A DNA stretch of 44,262 bases from Candidatus Bathyarchaeia archaeon (lineage in GTDB: Archaea > Thermoproteota > Bathyarchaeia > Bathyarchaeales > Bathycorpusculaceae), in the NCBI GenBank assembly GCA_038882975.1, contig JAVZNE010000011.1, positions 1 through 44,262 of the forward strand. The letters are read 5' to 3'. Below, one piece after another: positions 1-10,181 of the stretch (its first letter is position 1; every line of letters begins with the position of its first letter). The position numbers were made by a program, and so were the translations under genes. The notes below the pieces were generated by a model, which saw only the letters and a program-made list of their open reading frames with translations, searched no databases and was not told where the DNA came from.

Positions 1-351
1 GTTTATGATAGCCACCACTATGGGCTCCTTCAGCCTAGAAGCGTCAGCCGCTAAGAACGAGACTGAGAATGTGTTGATTACGCCAGTATCCTTCACATAA
101 GTCCACCCATCCGTCGGCTTAAAGCACTTTTCGCAGTAAATCCGCGGCGGAACCATTATGCGCTTGCACTTGCTGCATGTCGTGGCGATAATTCGCCCGT
201 TCTTAAGCTCTTCTAGGAAGCGGCTTATGGCTATGCCAGCGCTCCAAGCATATTTGGCTTTTGGACGAAAACTTTCAAAAAGCACTTTTCCCTCGCGGAA
301 GTCTTTTGTCTCAATCTCCTCGCCAGGAAAATGCTTAATCTTTACACTCAT
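1..351 (-). CDS. DUF35-family Zn-ribbon/OB-fold protein (3' end outside window)
   Basis: Not in the ORF track. Manual translation from ATG at 351: MSVKIKHFPGEE...CSKCKRIMVPPRIYCEKC...GVINTFS. CxxC-x10-CxxC ribbon followed by an OB-fold start; lies directly after two thiolase-fold genes. Confidence 0.88.
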   Translation of the reverse strand, partial: MSVKIKHFPGEEIETKDFREGKVLFESFRPKAKYAWSAGIAISRFLEELKNGRIIATTCSKCKRIMVPPRIYCEKCFKPTDGWTYVKDTGVINTFSVSFLAADASRLKEPIVVAIIN

Positions 352-367
352 ATTCCATTTGCCTCCC

Positions 368-1534
368 TTAACGCCTTAACACTATTACTGACCCGTACTG
401 CATTAGGTCACCCCACGCCTGTGCCACGCCGGTTCTGGGGTCTCCGGGCACCTGTCTCTTGCCAGCCTCACCTCGCAGTTGCCAGAAGATTTCGCACACT
501 TTCATCATGCCAGCCGCTGCTATGGGGTTGCCGCATCCTAACAGCCCGCCTGATGGGCATGTTGGCAAGTCTCCGTCCCTTTGGGTTACGCCTTCCCTTG
601 TTAGTTTTGGCGCTTCACCCTTCTTGCATAAGAGTAAGCCCTCCATGTGGTGCAACTCCTTATAATCGAAGGGGTCGTAGGGTTCAGCCACGTCAATTTC
701 TTTAGGTGGATTCTTAATTCCAGCCATTTTGTAAGCCATGCGGGCCGCGTACTCCACATAGTCCGGATAATACAAGTCGCGGTCTGTCCAATGGGTTGAG
801 TCTATACACCAGCCGACACCATCAATCCAGACTGGGTTGTCTGTAACCTCTTTGGCCACGTCTTCAGAGACGAGCACTGCTGCGGCGGCTCCATCGCTTG
901 TCGGGCTGACGTCTAGGCGTTGAACCGGCCAAGCCATAATCTCAGAGTTTAAAACGTCCTCCACTGTTATGTTGGCGGCCAGCTGTGCTATGGGGTTGTC
1001 TAGGGCGTTCCGCTTGTTTTTAACAGAAACTAGGGCTATGTCCTCCTTCTTTATGTTATGCTTATGCATGTAGCGGTGCATTTCCAAAGCAAAAATCCAT
1101 ATTAGGTTCATGCCAATTGGCCGCTCAAGAATCGGGTCGAAGATTGTTGTGAAGGCGTATTGCGGATGTGGATAACAAGAGGACATCTTCTCCTCGCAGA
1201 CAACAAGGCATGTGTCAAACTGTCCAGAGGCTACATGCCACCAACCAGCCAAAGGCGCAAAAACACCTGTTCCGCCGCCAACATAAACCCTTGTGTACGG
1301 TTTGTGATATGCTCCAGCCCCATCCGCCAAATATTCGCCTTTCATGTGGACTCCGTCGAAGGCGTCTGGCGCCGTTCCCATGACAATGCTTTGGATGTCG
1401 CGGAGCTCCATCCCGGCCTGTTCCAAAGCCATCTTAGCCGCGTGGTACGCCAACTCCTTTCCAGTCTCTTTCAAATTTCTCCTAAATAGGGTTACGCCCG
1501 CACCAACTATGGCTACCCTCTTCTTACCAAACAT
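368..1534 (-). CDS. Thiolase-fold (SCP-x type) protein lacking the catalytic Cys, Ltp3-like
   Basis: Thiolase motifs VAIVGAG, CEEKMS, SPTSDGAAA, PSGGLL. The Cys loop reads VYVGGGTG; EPYDPF and GNPIAAAG replace EVHDCF and GHPVGATG. Start set at ATG 1534. Confidence 0.88.
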   Translation of the reverse strand: MFGKKRVAIVGAGVTLFRRNLKETGKELAYHAAKMALEQAGMELRDIQSIVMGTAPDAFDGVHMKGEYLADGAGAYHKPYTRVYVGGGTGVFAPLAGWWHVASGQFDTCLVVCEEKMSSCYPHPQYAFTTIFDPILERPIGMNLIWIFALEMHRYMHKHNIKKEDIALVSVKNKRNALDNPIAQLAANITVEDVLNSEIMAWPVQRLDVSPTSDGAAAAVLVSEDVAKEVTDNPVWIDGVGWCIDSTHWTDRDLYYPDYVEYAARMAYKMAGIKNPPKEIDVAEPYDPFDYKELHHMEGLLLCKKGEAPKLTREGVTQRDGDLPTCPSGGLLGCGNPIAAAGMMKVCEIFWQLRGEAGKRQVPGDPRTGVAQAWGDLMQYGSVIVLRR

Positions 1535-1549
1535 GCCTCTCAACACCTC

Positions 1550-2707
1550 CTACTTAACATTGCTTAAAACCGCCACCGCGCCTGTTGCTGTTGGGATTCC
1601 CCGCCATGTGTGGGCTAAACCCATCTCTGCATCCTCGACCTGCCTAGAGCCAGCCTCGCCCCTAAGCTGTAAGACGACTTCAAGCACTTTCTGCAGTCCA
1701 GAAGCCTCCAGCCCATAACCCATTCCAAGCAGTCCTCCAGACGGGTTTACTGGAAACTCGCCGTCTAAGGCTGTTAGGCCTTCCTCTGTTAGTTTGCCAG
1801 CCATGCCATAATCACACAGTTTTAAGGCTTCCATATGCTGAAGCTCTTTATAGGCGAACATGTCGTGAATTTCAGCAAAGTCTATATCCCTCCACGGATT
1901 GGTGATTTTAGCCTCTTTGTAGGCCATCTCAGCCGCCAACCTCGTGTAAACAGCCCTTGTCCAGTCTCTGGTTTCTAGACTCGGGGTTTCGGTGCACCAT
2001 CCAACGCCTTTGACCCAGACGGGCTTGTCGGTAAGCTTTTCAGCAACCTTTTCAGATGCTAGAACCAAGACTATGCAGCCGTCTGCCGGTGTGCTTATCT
2101 CCAGCTTTTTCAGCGGGTGGAAAAGCTTCTCAGAATGCATGACTCGGTCTAGGGTTATGTCTGCGCCATAAGCCGCATACGGGTTCAGTATGGCGTTTCT
2201 CCTGTTTTTGACCACAACTTGGGCGCACTGCTCCTCAGTCGTGCCAGTATCATGCAAATAACGGTTCATCTCCAAACCAGCAATGTAGTAGGGATGTCCG
2301 CCCAAAGGCCTGTTAAAAATTGGGTCAAGCCCAAACTGCACAATATCCATATATGTTAGTATGTCTGAAGCTTTGCTATGGGCTTCCACGACAACAGTGT
2401 CAAAATAGCCGGTCTTTATTAGCATGTAGGCTGTTGCCAATCCAAGCATGCCGTCGCCGGAAACGGTGAACAGGTGGCGTAGGGCTGCGCCAAGCTGGTC
2501 TGGGACGAACTCGTCGAATATGCTGAAGCCTTCCAAATAGTCTTCGGCACATGTAACGAAGATGTCTACGTCTTTTCTGGGGTTTATTCCGCCGGCATCC
2601 TCGTAGGCTTTAACAGCCGCCTCAAACATCAACTCCTTGTAGGAAAGCTCCGGCGTTATTGGTCTAAAGCCGACACATCCAACACCAACAATGGCAACCT
2701 CGCTCAT
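1550..2707 (-). CDS. Thiolase-fold protein lacking the catalytic Cys, possible Ltp4-like partner
   Basis: VAIVGVG, STPADG, EIHDMF and VNPSGGLLG are present. VSGDGMLG lies at the Cys position and MGYGLEASG replaces GHP. Confidence 0.85.
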   Translation of the reverse strand: MSEVAIVGVGCVGFRPITPELSYKELMFEAAVKAYEDAGGINPRKDVDIFVTCAEDYLEGFSIFDEFVPDQLGAALRHLFTVSGDGMLGLATAYMLIKTGYFDTVVVEAHSKASDILTYMDIVQFGLDPIFNRPLGGHPYYIAGLEMNRYLHDTGTTEEQCAQVVVKNRRNAILNPYAAYGADITLDRVMHSEKLFHPLKKLEISTPADGCIVLVLASEKVAEKLTDKPVWVKGVGWCTETPSLETRDWTRAVYTRLAAEMAYKEAKITNPWRDIDFAEIHDMFAYKELQHMEALKLCDYGMAGKLTEEGLTALDGEFPVNPSGGLLGMGYGLEASGLQKVLEVVLQLRGEAGSRQVEDAEMGLAHTWRGIPTATGAVAVLSNVK

Positions 2708-2867
2708 AATTTCTCCTTCCCCTTTCCTCCATTTTAGAGGCTATAGTTTGAGCTGGTTTTCACATAAAACTTTTCGTGGAAAACAAGCCTAAGCGTTGAA
2801 GAAACTTAAATACTTGTTCGTAACTATGGATTTTCTCCAAAAGGCTAACCTTGGGAGAAGTTTAACT

Positions 2868-4040
2868 TTGAAGGGAAAACCCCTAGCCTCAATAGTTTCT
2901 GCAGGCTTGTCAAAATTCGGGAGGCTTGAAGGCTTATACGCCCGTGAAATTTTCGCCCAAGCGGCAAAGGAGGCTTATGAACGCTGTCCAAAACTAGACC
3001 CGAAACGGGACATAAAAGCCCTATTTATTGGGCATATGGGCGAATCCTATGAGCATCAAGGGCACACAGGCGCGACAGCAGCAGACTGGGCTGGACTGCT
3101 GCATATACCAGCAACGAGAACCGAGGCGGCTTGCAGCTCTTCTGGTGCGGCCTTAAGGGCAGCCATATTTGCTGTTGCCTCGGGCTTGTGCGATGTTGTT
3201 ATGGCTGGTGGCGTTGAGAAAATGACTCATCGAAGCACCCCCGAAGTCACGGAGTTTCTGGCTATGGCTTCGGATTTCCCCTTCGAACAGTGGCACGGCA
3301 TAACCTTTCCAGGATTATACGCATTGATGGCAACAGCCCACATGCACAAGTATGGCACAACAGAAGTGCAGTTGGCGCATGTTGCCGTAAAAAACCATTA
3401 TAATGGAAGCCTAAACCCCAAGGCCCACATGCAGAAGGAAATAACCCTAGAACAAGCCCTATCATCGCGGGTTATCGCCTGGCCCCTAAAACTCTATGAT
3501 TGTTCGCTCATAACGGATGGGGCAAGCTGTCTCATACTGACAAAGCCTGAACTAGCCAAAAAATACACGGACACACCAGTCCACATAATTGGAAGCGGAC
3601 AAGCAAGCGACACAATTGGCATTTATGAAAGGGACGATTTCACGTCGCTTAGAGCCGCAAAACTAGCTGCAAAACAAGCCTACGAAATGGCTGACGTAAC
3701 GCCAGAGGACATTGACGTGGCTGAAGTGCATGACTGCTTCACCATAGCCGAAATAATAGCCTACGAGGATTTAGGCTTCTGCAAGCCAGGCGAAGGCGGA
3801 AAACTAGCCGAAAAAGGCGAAACAACCTTGAAGGGCAGAATCCCCGTAAACGCAAGCGGAGGCCTAAAGGCGAAGGGCCACCCAGTAGGCGCCACAGGAA
3901 CAGCCCAAGCCTACGAAATATACCTACAGCTTACTGGGCAGGCTGACAAGCGACAAGTGGACGACGCCGAAATAGGCCTAACCCATAATGTTGGCGGTTC
4001 AGGCGCCACAGCCACCGTTCACATCTATAAGAGGGGGTAA
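2868..4040 (+). CDS. Acetyl-CoA acetyltransferase (archaeal thiolase), catalytically intact
   Basis: EAACSSSG (catalytic Cys), GGVEKM, EVHDCF, KGHPVGATG, HNVGG. TTG start at 2868 chosen after a GGGAG motif. Confidence 0.92.
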   Translation: MKGKPLASIVSAGLSKFGRLEGLYAREIFAQAAKEAYERCPKLDPKRDIKALFIGHMGESYEHQGHTGATAADWAGLLHIPATRTEAACSSSGAALRAAIFAVASGLCDVVMAGGVEKMTHRSTPEVTEFLAMASDFPFEQWHGITFPGLYALMATAHMHKYGTTEVQLAHVAVKNHYNGSLNPKAHMQKEITLEQALSSRVIAWPLKLYDCSLITDGASCLILTKPELAKKYTDTPVHIIGSGQASDTIGIYERDDFTSLRAAKLAAKQAYEMADVTPEDIDVAEVHDCFTIAEIIAYEDLGFCKPGEGGKLAEKGETTLKGRIPVNASGGLKAKGHPVGATGTAQAYEIYLQLTGQADKRQVDDAEIGLTHNVGGSGATATVHIYKRG

Positions 4041-4046
4041 AAGTAT

Positions 4047-4448
4047 ATGACCGAGCAGCCACAAAACTTCACAATTGAACAATTCTACAAGTACATAAGC
4101 CAGAAAAAACTGTTGGGTGGGAAATGCCAAAAATGCGGAAAAATCCACCTGCCGCCAAGACCATTATGCGACAAATGCCTATCAACAGAATTCGAATGGA
4201 CTGAAATGCCAACAACAGGCAAACTCTTAACATATACGATAATCCACGTGGCGCCAACCCAATTCCAGAATATGGCGCCATACGCAGTAGGCATAATCCA
4301 ACTAGAAAACGGAGTAAAAATCCCAGGAATGATAAAAAACACGCCACTAGACAAAATAAAAGTGGGAATGACCCTAAAAATGGGATTCGAAGAACCCCAA
4401 CAGACCCAACAATGGCCAAACTGGCCAAGATACTACTTCGCGCCCTAG
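4047..4448 (+). CDS. DUF35-family Zn-ribbon/OB-fold protein, thiolase partner
   Basis: CQKCG..PPRPLCDKC, GKLLTYTIIH, PYAVGIIQL; 6 nt downstream of the thiolase. Confidence 0.92.
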   Translation: MTEQPQNFTIEQFYKYISQKKLLGGKCQKCGKIHLPPRPLCDKCLSTEFEWTEMPTTGKLLTYTIIHVAPTQFQNMAPYAVGIIQLENGVKIPGMIKNTPLDKIKVGMTLKMGFEEPQQTQQWPNWPRYYFAP

Positions 4449-4572
4449 TGAAATCTTTATTTGCGGCATTCCCAAATATAAAAGACTTTTAGAAGTTTAT
4501 TCTAGTTGATTTTTCCAAAAATTTTAAAAATAAATACGTTTTAAATCAAGGCTCATAGCCGAGGTATATACA

Positions 4573-7377
4573 ATGTGGCTTAGAAAGCATGTTTTTATTC
4601 CAATTTTGTTCTTGCTTTTTGTTTGTTTATTTTCCTTTAAGGTTGGGTTTGTTTTTGGTCAGAATGACGCTGGTAGTGGTGGTGATGCGCCTAATGTTTT
4701 TGTTGATGCCTTGCTGATATCGCCTGGTAGATATTATGGTTGGATGGGTGAAAATGACACGGAAGATTGGTATAAGTTTCAAGCCATAAAGGGACAAGTC
4801 ATATATGTTAATGTGAGACCTCCTAAAGATGTTGATGTTAATTTATATTTGTGGGATTCTTTAGGCAACTCGAGAACAAGTTCAACTTATGGAGTCAGCA
4901 GCGCCGAATATGTGCAATACGTTTGTGACGTTTCTGGCGAGTGGCGGATAAGGCTTGTTTTGGCTTCTGGTTCTGGATGGTATAGGTTCAACTTAACTGT
5001 TCAGAATCAGAACGATGCTAGTTCAGGCTGGGACGCTGGTAACATATACGACGAGGCCGCTTACATTGAAACTGGACATATCTATAATGGGTACTTACTT
5101 TCAGGGGACTCTGATGACTGGTTTAAGTTTTATGTCCCCTTGTGGAAGATCATTGAAATAAACTTGACCTTACCAATTGGGCAAAGTGTTACGTTGAGCC
5201 TTTATGATGCCTTAGGTAATGCTAGAGCATCGTCATACTATACTGGAATTGCGGATGAACATTTAGTATGCATAGGCAACATTGAGGGTAATTGGTCGCT
5301 TAATATACACCCAATAAGCTGGCAGGCCAATTATACATTCAGTATTTTCCTCACTAATCAAAACGATGCTGGTTCTGGCGGGGACGCTGGCAACGAGTTT
5401 GAAGGTGCGCTGCAAATTTCGAATGGCTTATATGCTGGTCAATTGCTTGACGCGGATATAAGGGATTTTTACCAAATTAACTGCGATGGTGGAAAGTGGC
5501 TAAATATACTTTTAAAACTGACTTTTCCGCTGGAGTGCGACCTTGAATTATACGATGATTTAGGGTACCTTATAGCTAGTTCAACTTATGGAGAAAGGAT
5601 AGATGAGTACATTTCGTACTATGTTAACACATCAGAAAAATTCTATGTTTTGGTTGAGCTAAAAAGCTACTACGGATTCTACTCGTTAAACATTACACAA
5701 TCTGATAGAAGTTGGCAGAAAAACGCTGAAGAAAGCGGCGACGCAGGAAACACGTTTCAAGCGGCTACAATAATAGGCGAGGGGTACTATAGTGGAGTTT
5801 TAAGCAACTCGGATGATCAAGACTGGTATAGATTCAGTGTTTCAAGCAGCCAAATAATTATTGTAGGGATAAGCACTGATGTCCGTTTATACGCACCAGA
5901 TGGGTCACAAAAGGCTTACACATACGGCTACGCCACATTGTTGTATGTTGCCGATTCGAGTGGTGACTGGAGAATTCAAATATACGGCAATGGTGTCTAC
6001 GCTTTTACCTTAAACGTAAGGAATCAAAACGACGCTGAAATTGGTCAAGACGCCGGAAACACCTTTGCAATGGCCAGTTCAATAACCGATGGGTGCAAGA
6101 TAGGTTATTTATATCCGGCGGATTCTGATGATTGGTTCAAGTTTAATGTTTTAAGCGGACAAGTAATTATTTTAGGAGTTAGCATACCGTATTATAGTTC
6201 AGCCTATATATATGCGCCTGATGGGACGCAAAAAACATATGCGAACGGTTACACATTTGTAATATCATATATTGCCGATGTGAGTGGAAACTGGAGGATA
6301 AGAATTTCTGGCTATGGTACATACCTTTTTACATTAAATATTAAAGAACAAAACGACGCTGAAATCCGTTGGGACGCTGGAAACACCTTTGCAATGGCTA
6401 GCCCAATAACTGAAGGGTACTGGATTGCATATCTAGAAGCCGCAGACACTGAAGACTGGTTTAAATTTAATGTACAAAGCGGCCAAACAATTGTCTTAGG
6501 CATCTCAATGAACTATGGATCAGCCTATATATATGCGCCTGATGGAACAGAAAAAGTATATTCACCGGGCTGGGGTTTTACAATATCTTGCGTTGTTGAT
6601 TCAAGCGGAGATTGGAGGATAAGAATCAGCAGTCATGGCGTATACACCTTCATCTTAACAATTCAACTGCTTTCAGAAGATCTTGTTCCCCCGACAACTG
6701 TTGCCAGCTATAATGGATTATGGCACAACAAAGATTTCACAATTTATCTTTCAGCCAGTGATGATTTAAGCGGCGTGGCAGAAACATTTTACAGAATCAA
6801 CAACGGTCCAACCCAAAATGTCAGCTTTCACGGTCATCCCCTTATCACCACGGAAGACGACAACAACACACTTGAATATTGGAGCGTAGACAATTCAGGC
6901 AAAGAAGAGTTGCCACACAAAATTCTTACAGGAATAAAGCTGGACAAAACAAAGCCCATAATAGAAATTCCATCTCGAACGCCAAGCGGCGATGTTCAAC
7001 CTTTACAGCCTGTAAAAGTTTCAGTTAACGTGACAGACAACCTCAGCGGACTCCGAAATGTAACATTAATTTATAGCTTTGACAATGGAACAACATGGGA
7101 ACCACTAGCACCTATGACCTTGAATTCAACAACAAACCTTTATGAAGCTACAATACCAGGCAGGGAAGCCGGAACAGTTGTAAGGTTCAAAATAGTCGCC
7201 TATGACGATGCTGGAAATGATGCAACCAGAGACGGCACAGAATCCTACTGCGTATACGAAGTAATCCCAGAATTTCCATTATCAATTTTGTTGATGTTGA
7301 TGACCATTTTGGCTATATTACTTGTCCTTGTGAAGAAAAGTTTCAAAAAGAGGTCAGCGACCTCATTAAGGCAATAA
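4573..7377 (+). CDS. Secreted surface protein with six PPC-like repeats, Ig-like domains and a PEF-CTERM-like anchor
   Basis: N-terminal signal peptide; six units starting (Q/K)NDAxxGxDAGN with DxxDW(Y/F)xF and GxWRIRI; C-terminus VIPEF + hydrophobic helix + KKSFKKR. Confidence 0.8.
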   Translation: MWLRKHVFIPILFLLFVCLFSFKVGFVFGQNDAGSGGDAPNVFVDALLISPGRYYGWMGENDTEDWYKFQAIKGQVIYVNVRPPKDVDVNLYLWDSLGNSRTSSTYGVSSAEYVQYVCDVSGEWRIRLVLASGSGWYRFNLTVQNQNDASSGWDAGNIYDEAAYIETGHIYNGYLLSGDSDDWFKFYVPLWKIIEINLTLPIGQSVTLSLYDALGNARASSYYTGIADEHLVCIGNIEGNWSLNIHPISWQANYTFSIFLTNQNDAGSGGDAGNEFEGALQISNGLYAGQLLDADIRDFYQINCDGGKWLNILLKLTFPLECDLELYDDLGYLIASSTYGERIDEYISYYVNTSEKFYVLVELKSYYGFYSLNITQSDRSWQKNAEESGDAGNTFQAATIIGEGYYSGVLSNSDDQDWYRFSVSSSQIIIVGISTDVRLYAPDGSQKAYTYGYATLLYVADSSGDWRIQIYGNGVYAFTLNVRNQNDAEIGQDAGNTFAMASSITDGCKIGYLYPADSDDWFKFNVLSGQVIILGVSIPYYSSAYIYAPDGTQKTYANGYTFVISYIADVSGNWRIRISGYGTYLFTLNIKEQNDAEIRWDAGNTFAMASPITEGYWIAYLEAADTEDWFKFNVQSGQTIVLGISMNYGSAYIYAPDGTEKVYSPGWGFTISCVVDSSGDWRIRISSHGVYTFILTIQLLSEDLVPPTTVASYNGLWHNKDFTIYLSASDDLSGVAETFYRINNGPTQNVSFHGHPLITTEDDNNTLEYWSVDNSGKEELPHKILTGIKLDKTKPIIEIPSRTPSGDVQPLQPVKVSVNVTDNLSGLRNVTLIYSFDNGTTWEPLAPMTLNSTTNLYEATIPGREAGTVVRFKIVAYDDAGNDATRDGTESYCVYEVIPEFPLSILLMLMTILAILLVLVKKSFKKRSATSLRQ

Positions 7378-7416
7378 AACAACAATTCTCCATTCAAAAC
7401 TATTAACGTCCATGAA

Positions 7417-7686
7417 CTAGGATTTTCTTCCCTTTTTCAGCGTTTTCTTGACGACTATGCTTTTATCTTTGAGTTTTTCAAATTCTTTTGGTGTGAATTC
7501 GAAGGCTTCAAGCATTACGTCGTGTTTCCAGCTCTTCTGCAATATTGGCATTCCTCTCTTGAAGGGCATCCCATCAAAATCCTTCGAAACCACTATTAGG
7601 TCTATGTCGCTGTCTTTTAGTCTCTCGCTGTAAACTGTTGAGCCCAAGAGGATGACAAAATTTACTTTAAATGGCAAACTTCTCAA
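7417..7686 (-). pseudogene. Minimal nucleotidyltransferase (MNT-type) remnant
   Basis: LLGS...SDIDLIVVS motif, with the usual GSxARG eroded to GSTVYS. An in-frame stop lies four codons upstream of the TTG and no HEPN partner is adjacent. Confidence 0.55.
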
Positions 7687-7707
7687 GTAGCGTCTTACTT
7701 CAATTAT

Positions 7708-8391
7708 TTAAGCACCTTTGGAAGTGTTGATTTGTTCTATTAGGGTTGGTATGTCTGTTATTGTTGTTATTATGTAGTTGGCTCCAGCGTCTGCTAGTTC
7801 TTTTTGTGTTGACATGCCTGGTAGGGCTGCTGCTATTGCGCCTAGTTCTTTTGCGCATTTCATGTCTGCTGGGCTGTCTCCAACAACCAAAGCTTCTTTC
7901 GGGTCTATTCCCAGTGCTTTTAATGTGTTTTCTAAGTGTTCTGTGTTGGGTTTAACATTTTTAACAACATCTCGTGGGGTTACAGTGTCGAAGAACTCAT
8001 TTATCCCGAATTTTTTAAGGATGTGGTCTACTGATTTTTGGCTGTTGACGGTGCATATGCCAATCTTTAAGCCCATATTCTTCAAGGTTTTTAGAATTTC
8101 TTTTATTCCGGGCTGTAGGCTTGTGGTTTTGGCGGCTTCCAACTCGTATTTTTCTGCTATTGCCAGGGCTTTCTTTCGAACTTCTTCTATTTTGTTGGCT
8201 GGTTTTCCATTGTTTTTCATGAAAATTTCCATTTTCTTCAACATTTCGAATATGCTTTCGTTTATGGATAGCACCGAGGCTGGCACACCCTCCTTTATTA
8301 GGAGGCTTCTAACATCGGCTCTCACGGCTTTAAAGTCTATGTTGAATTTTACTATTGTTCCGTCTAGGTCGAAGACAACAGCCCTAATCAT
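7708..8391 (-). CDS. HAD-superfamily hydrolase (phosphoglycolate phosphatase-like)
   Basis: MIRAVVFDLDGT motif I, KP motif III, VGDSPAD motif IV. Confidence 0.9.
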   Translation of the reverse strand: MIRAVVFDLDGTIVKFNIDFKAVRADVRSLLIKEGVPASVLSINESIFEMLKKMEIFMKNNGKPANKIEEVRKKALAIAEKYELEAAKTTSLQPGIKEILKTLKNMGLKIGICTVNSQKSVDHILKKFGINEFFDTVTPRDVVKNVKPNTEHLENTLKALGIDPKEALVVGDSPADMKCAKELGAIAAALPGMSTQKELADAGANYIITTITDIPTLIEQINTSKGA

Positions 8392-8526
8392 GCCCAGCCC
8401 TTTTTGAATTTGTAGCCTAACGGAATCGTTAAAGATAAACTTTACCAAAAGTTCCTTCTGGCGGTTTTTCACCACGTAAAACCTTATTTCAGACGCGAAG
8501 CATAACGCTCTTGTGGTGTTTACAGG

Positions 8527-9075
8527 ATGGATGTGTTTGAGGCTGTTCAAGTGAGGCGTTCGGTGAGAGCTTATCAGCTGACACCGGTGCCAAAGGAAAA
8601 GCTTTTGCGGGTTTTGGAGGCTGGTAGGCTTGCACCTTCAGCTGGCAACATTCAGCCTTGGCACTTCATAGTTGTTACCGATGCTGAAAAGCGGGAGAGG
8701 CTTGCCCAAGCCAGATTCGCTAAGTTTCTTAAAGAGGCGCCAGTCGTTATTGTTGGCTGCGGCGACCATAGGGCTTCTCCCAAATGGTTTGGGGTGGATG
8801 TTGCCATAGCCATGCAAAACATGGTTTTAACAGCCACAAGCATGGGTCTTGGGACATGTTGGGTTGGAAGCTTCGATGAAAATCAAGTGCGCGATTTACT
8901 AAAAATTCCAGAAAACTACCGCGTTGTGGCGCTATTGGCACTGGGATATCCGAGAAAGAAATTCGACTTGACAGGCAAGGTGCTTCACTTGATTAGGCGT
9001 AGGAAACCGCTAGAAAAAATTGTAAGCTTCGAAGAGTTTGGGAAGCCTCAAGACGTCGGTGGCTCTGAAGAGTAA
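8527..9075 (+). CDS. Nitroreductase family protein
   Basis: RRSVRAY, APSAGNIQPWHF, GLGTCWVG, LALGYP. Confidence 0.93.
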   Translation: MDVFEAVQVRRSVRAYQLTPVPKEKLLRVLEAGRLAPSAGNIQPWHFIVVTDAEKRERLAQARFAKFLKEAPVVIVGCGDHRASPKWFGVDVAIAMQNMVLTATSMGLGTCWVGSFDENQVRDLLKIPENYRVVALLALGYPRKKFDLTGKVLHLIRRRKPLEKIVSFEEFGKPQDVGGSEE

Positions 9076-9117
9076 ACCGAATAACCAACCTTGGCGAATA
9101 TTCTTTTATGATGAGTT

Positions 9118-9345
9118 ATGAGCCTTGAGGAATACGCTAAAGAGAAACTTTGGCCCATACTTGTCGAGACTGTTCACGCTATGGTTATGTACCCCCATCA
9201 TAAGGCCTACACAAGGGATGTTCTACTCCACGAAAATCCGGATATTACGCCTTCCGAGCTTGCATCTAGGCTTGGCATTCCCCTCGGCGAGGCGCTAGTA
9301 ATCCTTTACGAATTAAAAAACGAGAGGAGAGGCGTTAGCTCTTAA
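9118..9345 (+). CDS. Small hypothetical protein, possible helix-turn-helix
   Basis: 75-aa ORF filling the gap; ITPSELASRLGIPLGEALVIL resembles an HTH. Confidence 0.6.
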   Translation: MSLEEYAKEKLWPILVETVHAMVMYPHHKAYTRDVLLHENPDITPSELASRLGIPLGEALVILYELKNERRGVSS

Positions 9346-10142
9346 GGTTCTGTTACCATTCGAACTGTTGCCAAGATTAGGATCGCGCCGAGCAGCACTT
9401 TTAGAACGTCCTTTTCCACAACTCTCGCGTAGGACGCGCCTATAAAAGCGCCCAGCACCGAGCCTACGCCCATGGCGACTGCTATTATGGTGGCTTTTCT
9501 GTTCATGTGCCCCATGTTCTGATGCTTCAAAAAGCCAGAAGCCACGGTCGGTATGGAAACGAGGAGGCTTGCCGTTCCAGCCGCAACTATGTCTAGGCTA
9601 AAAATGTATATTAAGGCTGGAATTCTGAACTCGCCGCCAGCAACCCCCAAGGTTCCAGAAATAATACCTATCAGCAAGCCAGTTAGGGCTGCCAGGAGGG
9701 CTTCCTCCATAAAACCAAGAGTTATGGTTAAGGTGAATGGCGTTTGGATGAAAGGTTCAAGCCCGATTTTCAAGCCAACAATTATGAGGAAGGCTGCCAA
9801 GAGCCTTTTCAATGGTTTTTCTGGAATCTTGTCGGTTAAAAGCGCCCCGAAATAGGCTCCGACGATTGACGTTATGGACATGATTATGGCTATGTTAATG
9901 CTATGCCCATTTAGCAAGCCCAGTTGGAAGCGCCTAAAAAACGAGACCACAACCGTCAGTAAGCCGACAAGTAGGTTTACGGCTATGGCTGTCACCACTG
10001 GAAGCCCAATAACATAAAGCAGTATCGGCGTTCTAAACTCGCCCCCACCAACACCTATCAATCCAGCGGCTGCTCCGAGAAGGATGCCGAAGACGAGGGC
10101 TGCCGAAATTTTACCAGCAGATAATGGAGTATCTTCCTCTAT
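9342..10142 (-). CDS. TauE/SafE-family (TSUP) membrane transporter
   Basis: Duplicated G(V/A)GGGEFR / GVAGGEFR half-motifs and about 8 hydrophobic helices. The frame stays open upstream of 10061 through the first TM helix to an ATA at 10142. Confidence 0.85.
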   Translation of the reverse strand: MEEDTPLSAGKISAALVFGILLGAAAGLIGVGGGEFRTPILLYVIGLPVVTAIAVNLLVGLLTVVVSFFRRFQLGLLNGHSINIAIIMSITSIVGAYFGALLTDKIPEKPLKRLLAAFLIIVGLKIGLEPFIQTPFTLTITLGFMEEALLAALTGLLIGIISGTLGVAGGEFRIPALIYIFSLDIVAAGTASLLVSIPTVASGFLKHQNMGHMNRKATIIAVAMGVGSVLGAFIGASYARVVEKDVLKVLLGAILILATVRMVTEP

Positions 10143-10157
10143 AACTTGTTGCCTCCT

Positions 10158-10181
10158 CGTTGTGCTTTCGTATTCACATCG
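10158..10181. promoter_or_regulatory. Putative ModE-type operator
   Basis: CGTTGTG-N10-CACATCG, a 24-bp imperfect palindrome between the divergent tauE-like and modE-like genes; same CG...CG span as known ModE boxes. Confidence 0.55.

Noticed and set aside
7417-7686. Functional MNT-HEPN toxin-antitoxin module
   Set aside because: The MNT motif is eroded, the N-terminus looks truncated and no HEPN gene is adjacent.
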